Source: Candidatus Aminicenantes bacterium
GTDB lineage: Bacteria > Acidobacteriota > Aminicenantia > Aminicenantales > Saccharicenantaceae
Direction of reading: 5' to 3'
NCBI GenBank assembly: GCA_963843505.1
Contig: CAWJKR010000013.1
Span: 36,775-100,774, forward strand
Length of the DNA: 64,000 bases
How positions within the stretch are numbered: the first letter of the stretch is position 1; the number at the start of each line of letters is the position of its first letter. The notes under the pieces are model-generated. The model ran no database searches. It saw nothing but the letters and a program-made list of their open reading frames with translations, and was not told the DNA's origin. Shown piece after piece: positions 20,583-28,800 of this stretch. Both the position numbers and the translations under genes were made by a program.

Positions 20583-20611
20583 TTGACCGGTCCTGCGACC
20601 GCGGCTATCAT
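20583..20611 (+). promoter_or_regulatory. sigma70-type promoter candidate (TTGACC-N17-TATCAT) for the heme-copper operon
   Basis: TTGACC at 20583-20588 and TATCAT at 20606-20611, followed by GGAAGGAGG and the ATG at 20642. The hexamers are identical to those at 18450-18478. Confidence 0.5.
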
Positions 20612-20641
20612 GCCTTCGGGAAGGGAAGGAGGCCCGCATTC

Positions 20642-21198
20642 ATGGTCGATTCAACCGTCGTCCTCTGGGGACAGACGCTGGCTTATACGCTTCTACGCGA
20701 TCGCCATGATCCTCGTCGTCGGCTGGGTCGGCTGGCGGCTGACGAAGCCGGGCAAGGGGGGCGGGGTCAAGCCGGCCCTGTTCTTCACCTTCGTCGCTTT
20801 CCTGACCGTCCTCGGCGTCTCGCTGCATCTCGATCACGCTGAAGACCATCCCCTGGGTCGAGCCCGACCTGCACCGGGCCAGCGTCCAGGTGGACAAGAC
20901 CTTCGAGATCCGGGTCGCCAACCACGAATTCCAGCTCCCGGAGGCCCGGCTCGTCGTCAAGGTCGGCGAGAAGGTCCGCTTTGACGTCGCCTCGGACGAC
21001 CTGACCTACGGCTTCGGGGTCTTCCGGCCCGACCACTCCATGGTCTTCCAGATGCAGGTCGTCCCGGGCCACAAGAACGACGTCATCTGGCGGTTCACCA
21101 AGCCCGGGCTCTACACCATCCGCTCGACCGAATACTCGGGCCCCAAGGGCGCCCAGATGATCCTCAAAGACGCCATCGAAGTCCTGGAAGCGAAGTGA
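20642..21198 (+). CDS. heme-copper oxidase subunit II-like cupredoxin protein lacking CuA ligands; two apparent frameshifts
   Basis: MVDSTVV... start after an SD sequence. TM helix YAIAMILVVGWVGW. Cupredoxin domain FEIRVANHEFQLPEARLVVKVGEKVRFDVASDDLTYGFGV...YTIRSTEYSGPKGAQM. Compared with Thermus ba3 subunit II (DVIHGF...CNQYCGLGHQNM), the H, C, C and H ligands are Y, S, S and G here. Frame changes near 20690 and 20830. Confidence 0.7.
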
Positions 21199-21208
21199 GG
21201 GGACGATC

Positions 21209-22849
21209 ATGAGCATCTTCCAGACACTGATCAACGGGGAACAGGGCTTGTTCAAGCCGAAGACCCTGACGCCGATGCAGAAGCTGACCCTGAGGTTCGT
21301 CGTCGTCGGCCTCGTCTACTTCGGCTTCGCCCTCATCGAGGGGATGATCATGCGGATCTACGAGGTCCAGCCCATCCCCTTCATCAAATCGAACCAGTTC
21401 TTCGCCATCATGACGGCCCACCCGCTCGTCGGCATCTTCGGGTCGTCCTACTCGATCGTCTTCGGCGCCTTCCTTTTCCTGGTGCCGTTCCTGATGAAGA
21501 AGCCGCTGTGGAGCTTCAAGCTCGCCGGCTGGACCTTCTGGCTGATGACGGTCGGCACCATCGTCTTCTGGGGCGCGGGATTCGTCTCCCACTACGCGCC
21601 CCTCTACACGCTCTACTGGCCCCTCCCGGCCGATTTCAGCCAGTTCAGCGCCCTCGGCGGCGCCTTCTTCATCCTGGGCATCGCCCTGGCCATGCTGGGC
21701 GCCGCTTTCTTCGTCATCAACATCTTCAAGACCATCACCTACACCCCCAAGGGCTGGGAGAAACAGCCGGCCGGCGCGCTCCTGGCCTCGGCCCTCGGCT
21801 GGACGGGCATCCGGAACCTCTTCAGGAAGAAGAAGGAGGCGCATCTCGTGCCCCTGCCCGTGGCCGCCGTCGCCCGGGGCAGCGTGGACGTGGCCCTCAA
21901 TTCCGCCACCATCCTGTTCACTGGGGTCCTCATCCTCGTCTATATGGTCGCGGAGCTCTTCGGCACGAGCCTCAAGCACACGGCCATCGACGCCTTGCTC
22001 TACAAGAACTGGTTCTGGTGGGGCCTCGACCTCGTCGCCGACGGCCTCGTCCTCATCTTCGTGGCCGGCACATGGTATCTCCTGGCCATGCTGATCACGG
22101 GCAAGGCCCTGTTCATGCAGAATATCGCCCGGGCCGCCCTGCTCGTCGAGCTCGTCGTCTCCTGGACGGTCTGGTCGCACCACCTTCTCTCCGACCAGGC
22201 CCAGCCGGCCCTGCTCAAGGTCGTCTCGGGCGAGATGGTGACCGCCTTCGAGCTCATCACCCAGGGCCTGGCCTTCTTCATCACCCTGGCCACGCTCTGG
22301 AGCGCCCGGCCTCTCAAGATGTCGAACGAGCTCAAATTCCTGCTGGGCGGGCTCCTCGGGTTCGCCCTCGGCGTTCCCGCCGGCATCATCCAGGCCGACG
22401 TCGGCCTCAACCGCATCCTCCACAACACCCAGTGGGTCGTCGGGCCGCACGTCCACGTCGCGGTCCTGGTCGGCCTGACCATGACCCTCCACGCGGCCAT
22501 CTACCTCCTTTTCCCGATCCTGACCAACGGCGCCAAGCTCTACAGCCAGAAGCTGTCCAATATCCAGTTCTGGGCCCACCTTACGGGCGGCATCGGCATG
22601 GGCGCCTTCATGGGCATGGCCGGCCTGCAGGGCATGCTGCGCCGGACGATCTACTACAACGGCGAATTCAACATCTATATGATCCTGGCCGCCCTCTGCG
22701 GCGGGCTGGTCCTCCTGGCCTTCCTGTGTTTCTTCATCAACATCGTGATGAGCGTCGGGCTGAAGGGCCTGCTGGGCATCTTCGGACGATCGTCGCTCGA
22801 CAAGGACCGGCTCCTGCCCGGCCGGGGAATGAGGCGGAGAGCGAAGTAA
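21209..22849 (+). CDS. heme-copper oxidoreductase superfamily subunit I, B-family/NOR-like, with Asp replacing the helix-VI metal-ligand His (gNOR-like)
   Basis: Intact 546-aa ORF with 12+ TM helices. Conserved: MTAHPLVGIF (H71), PLYTLYWPL, WSHHLL (H324/H325), HNTQWVVGPHVHV (H414/H416). Helix VI reads FWWGLDLVADG (D274 at 22028-22030, D278 at 22040-22042), where oxidases have FWWxGHPxVY and NorB has WWVVHLWVEG. Confidence 0.85.
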   Translation: MSIFQTLINGEQGLFKPKTLTPMQKLTLRFVVVGLVYFGFALIEGMIMRIYEVQPIPFIKSNQFFAIMTAHPLVGIFGSSYSIVFGAFLFLVPFLMKKPLWSFKLAGWTFWLMTVGTIVFWGAGFVSHYAPLYTLYWPLPADFSQFSALGGAFFILGIALAMLGAAFFVINIFKTITYTPKGWEKQPAGALLASALGWTGIRNLFRKKKEAHLVPLPVAAVARGSVDVALNSATILFTGVLILVYMVAELFGTSLKHTAIDALLYKNWFWWGLDLVADGLVLIFVAGTWYLLAMLITGKALFMQNIARAALLVELVVSWTVWSHHLLSDQAQPALLKVVSGEMVTAFELITQGLAFFITLATLWSARPLKMSNELKFLLGGLLGFALGVPAGIIQADVGLNRILHNTQWVVGPHVHVAVLVGLTMTLHAAIYLLFPILTNGAKLYSQKLSNIQFWAHLTGGIGMGAFMGMAGLQGMLRRTIYYNGEFNIYMILAALCGGLVLLAFLCFFINIVMSVGLKGLLGIFGRSSLDKDRLLPGRGMRRRAK

Positions 22850-22860
22850 AGGAGGCGGCC

Positions 22861-23058
22861 GTGGCAAAAAAGATCGGTTTGGGATTTGTTCTCCTGATCC
22901 TGATAGCCATCGTCTTCATCCAAAACCCGGGTGAGGTCAGCTACAGGATCTACTTCTGGAGGATCAGCCTCTCCCAGATGATCCTCCTGCCCCTGACCCT
23001 GCTAATGGGGTTCTTCCTCGGCCTCTTCGCGGCGGGAATCCGGAGATCCCGGCCCTGA
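22861..23058 (+). CDS. LapA/DUF1049-like small membrane protein (65 aa)
   Basis: GTG start 5 nt after AGGAGG. Two TM helices: KIGLGFVLLILIAIVFIQNPGEVSYRIYFWRISLSQMILLPLTLLMGFFLGLF. Lies 11 nt after subunit I. Confidence 0.6.
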   Translation: MAKKIGLGFVLLILIAIVFIQNPGEVSYRIYFWRISLSQMILLPLTLLMGFFLGLFAAGIRRSRP

Positions 23059-23070
23059 ACTCCAAGTGCT

Positions 23071-25864
23071 ATGGACGCGCGCAAGATCATCGGGTTCGGG
23101 ATCATCGTCGCGGTTCTCGCCATCGGGGCCGCCGCCGCTGAACAGGCCGGCCTTGGGTCGGTCACGCTGTCCGGTCCCGCGGGGGCGGAAACGACCATCT
23201 CAGGGCTGACGATGGCCGACGGCGCAGAAGATCGCCTTGGCGACGCCGCTACCGCTCTTTTCTCTCCTCGTCGACGGGCGGCTGACGACGGCCTCGGCCC
23301 TGCCGGCCGGGCTCGCCTTCACCGTGACGCCCGAGGAGGGCTTCGCGCCCGGCGCCAAGCTCAAGGTCGTCTTCCGGAACGACGCCAAGTCGAAGATCAC
23401 GCTCGAGAACCTCGTCCCGCTCGGCGAGGGCGCCGACCGGGCCTACATCACGGCCGGCCTGCCGAACGAGGAGCCCCACACCCTCGACCGGAGCCAGCTC
23501 TTCCGGCCCGGGCTCCGGCCGATCGGCGTCCTGCTTCCGGACAACGCCTGGCACCTGGGCTTCTGCTCCGTCGAGACGGGAGGCGCCGCGGGCACACTGA
23601 CCGCGATCGCCCGCCGGGTCAAGACCGACAAGGCCGAGCGCACTCGCTGGGCCTCGATCCTCGAGCCGGGCGGCTCGGTCGAATACGCCCTCTACTTCGA
23701 AGCCCACCCGGGCGGCTGGCGCCGCGGGCTCGAGATCATGTTCCGCGAGCGCTTCCTCTACGACCTCGAGAAGTTCGACGACGCCCTGTTCCGCCGCTCC
23801 GACCTGGCCTGGGTCCGGCGGGCCTACCTCATGGTCCTGCAGTTCGCCTGGGACCGGACCTACTATGACCGCGATGCCGGCCGCTACGCCTTCGACCGGA
23901 CCCTGACGGCCTGGGACAAGTCCCTCGGCCCCATCGACATCTTCACCATCTGGCCGACCTGGCCCCGGCTCGGGCTCGACGCCCGCAATCAATGGGACAT
24001 GTACCGCGACCTGCCCGGCGGCCTGGCCGAGCTCAGGCGCCAGGTCGACCTGACCCACAAGCTCGGCAAGAAATATTTCATCTCCTACAATCCCTGGGAC
24101 GAGAGCACGCGCCACGAGGACCACATCGCCGGCATGGAGGCCATGCTCCGGACGCTCGACGCCGACGGCGTCGTCCTCGACACCCGCGGCGAGTCGAGCC
24201 GCGAGTTCCAGGCCGCGGCCGACCGGGTCAAGCCCGGCGTCATCATGTACAGCGAGGGCATGGCCGTGCCGCGCGACATGCCCGGCATCGTCTCCGGCCG
24301 CGTCCACGACGCGCTCTATATGCCGCCGCCGCTCAACATGAACAAGTACATGCGGCCCGATTTCGCCATCTTCCGGGTCCTGCAGCTGGCCGAGGGGCCG
24401 CTCCACCGCGAGTCGGCCGTGTCGTTCTTCAACGGCTACGGCTCGGAGATCAACACCATGCGGCCGGGCCGGCCCGACTGGATCGAGGAGGAGCTCCGCT
24501 ATCTCGGCCGGACGACCAAGCTTCTGCGCGAGAATTCGACGGCCTTCCTCGATCCCGGCTGGGAGCCGCTCGTGGCGACCCTCGAGGACGGCCTCTGGGC
24601 CAACCGCTGGCGCGACGGCGCGAAGACGGTCTGGACGGTCTTCAGCCTGCGGCCCGAGGGATACAAGGGCCCGCTCGTCGAAGTCGGAGGTGCCGGAAGG
24701 CGCCCATCTCGTCAGCCTGTGGAACCACGAGGAGCTCGAGCCCGTCGGCGCGGAACGGGAAAAGCTATGCCCCGGTCGACGTCGCCGCCTTCGACGCCGC
24801 CCGGCTCGGGACGCGGACGGAGGCGAATGTCGATTGTCTCGCCGTTCTGCCCGAGCTCGTCAAGGTCGAGGCCGACGGCGAGCTGGTGACGTTCGAGGCG
24901 CCCGGCGCGCCCGCCGGCAGCCGGATCGCCGTCTCGGCCGGGAACCCTTCTTACGCCGAGAGCGCCGGCCTCGTTCGGGACGGAGCGGCGGACGATCGCC
25001 CTCCACGAGCACTTCGGCTTCCGCGAGGAGAAGTTCGTCGTCCAGCTTTTCGACGGGCGGGGCGAGCTCCTCGACGAGCGCGTCGTCCGCCTGCCTTTGG
25101 CTTATCCGCGGCTCACAACACGGGTCGAGAGGACGGCCCCGGCTTCGAAGGCCCCGGCCGGCATGGTCGAGGTGCCCGGCCGGGACGTTCGTCTTCAAGA
25201 CGGCCGGCAACCCCGACGACGCCAACCCGGTCATCCCTTACCCCGATACGAAAACGCCCCGCACGCCTCGAGATGCGCCGCTTCTTCATGGACCGCACGC
25301 CGGTCACCAACGCCGCCTTCGCGGCCTTCCTCGCGGCGACCGGCTACGCGCCGGCCGACGCGTCGAACTTCCTGAAGCACTGGGTCGACGGCAAGCCGCC
25401 GGCCGGCCAGGGCGATCATCCGGTCATCTGGGTTTCGCTCGAAGACGCCCGGGCCTACGCGAAATGGGCCGGCGAAGCGCCTGCCGACGGAAGCCGAGTG
25501 GCAGTACGCCGCGCAGGGCACGGACGGGCGGCCTTTCCCCTGGGGCAAGAAGATGGAGCCCGGCCGCTGCAACAACAAGCTCAACCGGACGACCTCCGTC
25601 ACCGCCTTCCCCAAGGGGGCGAGCCCCTTCGGCGTCCTGGACATGGTCGGCAACGTCTGGCAGGTCATGGACGACGTCTACGACAACGGCGTCTACCGCT
25701 ACGGCATCATCCGCGGCGGCAGCTTCTACGCGCCGGAGAAGAGCGTCTGGTACGTCAAGAGCGGGCCGCTCGCCGTCGACCGGGTCCAGATCCACCTGCT
25801 CATCGCCCCGGGCCTCGACCGCGCGGCCACGGTCGGCTTCCGCTGCGTCAAGGACGCGGATTAG
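23071..25864 (+). pseudogene. large secreted/anchored protein: unknown ~550-aa N-terminal domain + C-terminal FGE-sulfatase (SUMF1/NirV-type) domain; at least 7 apparent frameshifts
   Basis: Anchor MDARKIIGFGIIVAVLAIGAAAA. The long N-terminal domain includes ...KKYFISYNPWDESTRHEDHIAGMEAMLRTLDADGVVLDTRGE.... FGE motifs in the tail: FFMDRTPVTNAAFAAFLAATGY, HPVIWVSLEDARAYAKWAG(K)RLPTEAEWQYAAQG, GNVWQVMDD, IIRGGSF, VGFRCVKD. The pieces are spread over all three + frames. Confidence 0.7.
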
Positions 25865-28800
25865 TCCCGCAGGCCCGCAGTATCGCCGAAGCGCCGCGCC
25901 CGTGTGCGACGACGCGCAGGCCGCGACGGCCTCCGGCCTTCCCTGGACGACGAGCGATCCGCCCTCGTCGCCGCCCTCAGGCCCGAGATCGATGACGTGC
26001 CCGGCCCGCGAGATGAGGTCGAGGTCGTGTTCGACGGCGACGATGGTCTGCCCCGCGGCGAGGAGCCTTCCGAAGAGACCGAGCAGCCGGTCGACGTCGG
26101 AGGGATGGAGGCCGGTCGTCGGCTCGTCGAAGATGTAGAGAGCGCGGCCCGGGCGCGGGTCCATCAGCTCCGACGCGAGCTTGAGGCGCTGCCTTTCGCC
26201 GCCCGAAAGGGTGTCGAGGGATTGGCCGAGCCGCAGATAGTCGAGCCCGATCTCGGCGAGCAGGGCCAGAGCCGCCGCGATCTTCGGCTGTCCGGAGAAG
26301 GCCGTCGGCGCCCTCGGCCGCGGTCAGGTCGAGGACGTCGGCGATCGTCCGGCCGGATACCCGCACCCCGAGAACGCTTCGATCGTACCGCGCGCCCCGG
26401 CAGACCTCGCAGGGCACGGAGACGTCCGCCAGGTGGTCGAGGCTGACCGTCTTGCGGCCGGTCCCGCCGCAGGCCCCGCAGCGGCCTTCGGGCGTCAGGA
26501 ACGAGAAATGGGCCTTCTTGAAACCCGCCGCCCGGGCCTCGTCCGACGCGGCGAAGATCCCGCGGACGGCGTCGAACAGCCCCAAGTAGGTGAGAGGAAT
26601 GCTCGAGGCGCTTTCGGCCGGGGCCTCGATCCCCGCCGCGACGACCTTGGAAAAACGGCCGAGCCCGCGGATCTCGGAACAGGAGACCGGACGTCCGGCC
26701 TCGGCCGAGGCCAGGATGACGTCGAAGGCCAGGCTCGACTTCCCGCTCCCCGAAACGCCGGTCACGGCCGTCAGGACCCCCGAGGGAATGGCGACATCGA
26801 TCCCCTTGAGATTGTTCGCCCGGGCCCCGACGATCGCTAAAGCCGGTCCAGGCGATCCCGGAAGAGGCCCTGGGCGAACGGCGCGGCCGGCGAGGTAAGG
26901 CCCGGTCACCGAGCCGGGCGTCCCCTCGATCCTCGCCGGCGGGCCTTCGGCGACGATCCGGCCGCCGTCGCGGCCGGCGCCCGGCCCGAGGTCGATGACG
27001 TGATCGGCCGCCCGGACGACGTCGAGATCGTGCTCCACGGCGACGACGGTGTTGCCCTCCGCCGTGAGGCCGCGGATGAGATCGACGAGCTTGGCGGTGT
27101 CGCGCGGATGGAGCCCGAGCGTCGGCTCGTCCAGGACGAAGGTGACCCCGGTGAGCTTGACGCCGAGGAGCGCGGCCAGGCGGAGCCGCTGGGCCTCGCC
27201 TCCCGAAAGCGTGGCCGAGCGGCGGTCGAGGCTGAGATAGCCCAGCCCGACGTCGCGGATGAGACCGAGCCGGCGCGCGATCTCGCCGCGGACGGCCGCG
27301 GCCACGGCGGCCGTCCGCGCATCGGCCGGCGCCGCGTCGCCGCGGTCGGAAAAAAAGTCCAGGCTCCGGTCCACGGAGAGCGCGGACAGGGCCGCGATGT
27401 CGAGTCCCCGGTAGGTCACCGCCAGGGACTCCGGCTTGAGCCGGCGGCCGCGGCAATCCGGGCAGGGGTCGTCCCTCATCAGGACCCGCATCGCCTCGCC
27501 GCGGCGGTCGGCGTGCTTGCGCTCGTATTCCTCGGCGACGAGGGCGGCGAATCCCTTCCACGGGCCCCGGAACCTGAAATCCCCGGCCCGGTTGCCCCGC
27601 TTGTAGGACCAGACGATGTCGTAGACGCGGTCGCCCGTCCCGTTGAGGGCGACCTCCCGTTCGGACCCGGTGAGGTCCGCGAACGGCTTGGAGAAGTCCA
27701 TCCCGGCCGCCTCGCCGGCCGCCCGCAGCGCGGCGACGAACTGGCCGTGGGGATCGCCGTAGAAGCGTCCCGTCTTCGTCCCGTCCATGGCCCCGTCGAG
27801 GAGCGATCGGCGCGGATCGGTGATCAGCCGCTCCGGATCGGTCACGGTCATCGTCCCGAGCCCCTTGCACCGGGGACAGGCGCCCTGTTCGTGATTGAAG
27901 GAGAACATCGAAGCCGTCAGGGGTCGCGCCGCCGGATCCCGGCGGAGGCGTCCCGGCCCGGGAATAGAGCAGCCGGTAGTAGTCGTGGATCTCGGTCATC
28001 GTCCCGACGGTCGAGCGGGGGTTCGGGGTCGAGGAGGCCCGGGCGACGGCGATCGGCGGCGTCAAGCCGCGGGCCGAGGCGAAGTCCGCCCGGCCGCCCT
28101 TGTCGATGAGCGCGCGGACATAGGCCGAGAAGCTCTCGATGTACCTTTGGCGGGAGGCGGCGAACAGCGTGTCGAAGACGAGCGAGGACTTGCCGCCGCC
28201 GGACGGCCCGCAGACGGCGGTGAACTTGCGGAAGGGGATGCGGACGTCGATCCCTTTGAGGTTGTGGGTCGAGACGCCTTCGAGGACGATGGGCCCGTCC
28301 GCTTCGGGGCGCTCCCGGCCCGGGGCCGCGGGCTCGTCGTCCGTCCCGCGTTCCCCCCGGAGGGCGCGCCCCGTGAGCGAGGCGGCGCAGGCCGCGATCT
28401 CCTCGGGCGGGCCGCAAGCGACGACGCGGCCGCCGTCCTCGCCGCTCCCCGGGCCGAGATCCACGACGCGGTCGGCGGCCCGGATGACGTCGGGATGATG
28501 CTCGATGGCGATGATGGTCCGGCCGAGGGAGACGAGCTCCTGGAGCGCCGTGAGCAGGTTCTCGACGTCGGCCCGGTGAAGGCCCGTCGTCGGCTCCTCC
28601 AGGACGTAGAGGACCGGCCCGGCCGCCGCCCGGCTCATTTCCGAGGCGAGCTTGACGCGCTGGGCTTCGCCTCCCGACAGGGTCGTCGAGCTCTGGCCGA
28701 GCTTGAGGTAGCCCAGGCCGAGGCGCTTCAGGACCTCGAGGCCGGCCGCGAGACGCCGCGATCCGGCATAGAACACGGACGCCTCCGCGACGCTCATCTC

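Noticed and set aside
18176-20611. Very long ORFs in the supplied track with Arg/Pro/Gly/Asp-rich, low-complexity translations. Examples: 18176..20611 (-, 811 aa), 21164..22867 (-, 567 aa), 40299..42089 (-, 596 aa), 9107..10648 (+), 23249..24406 (-), 21508..23058 (+), and the first ~330 aa of 5830..9003.
   Set aside because: They lie antisense to, or out of frame with, genes that have clear family motifs. They have no motifs of their own and show the composition expected of stop-poor shadow frames in high-GC DNA.
25424-25860. 3' extension of the UvrA-like ORF (25424..26164), which would overlap the convergent FGE-domain gene by ~440 nt. Similarly, the 3' extension of the cusA frame (55378..~55590) overlaps the Cys-motif membrane protein gene.
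   Set aside because: The extensions lie beyond the family-typical C-termini (...SHTG + ~12 aa; ...YPAIYEVWKWH...) and are low-complexity antisense translations of real genes. A 1-nt shift yields stops close to the expected positions. They are treated as run-on caused by frame errors.
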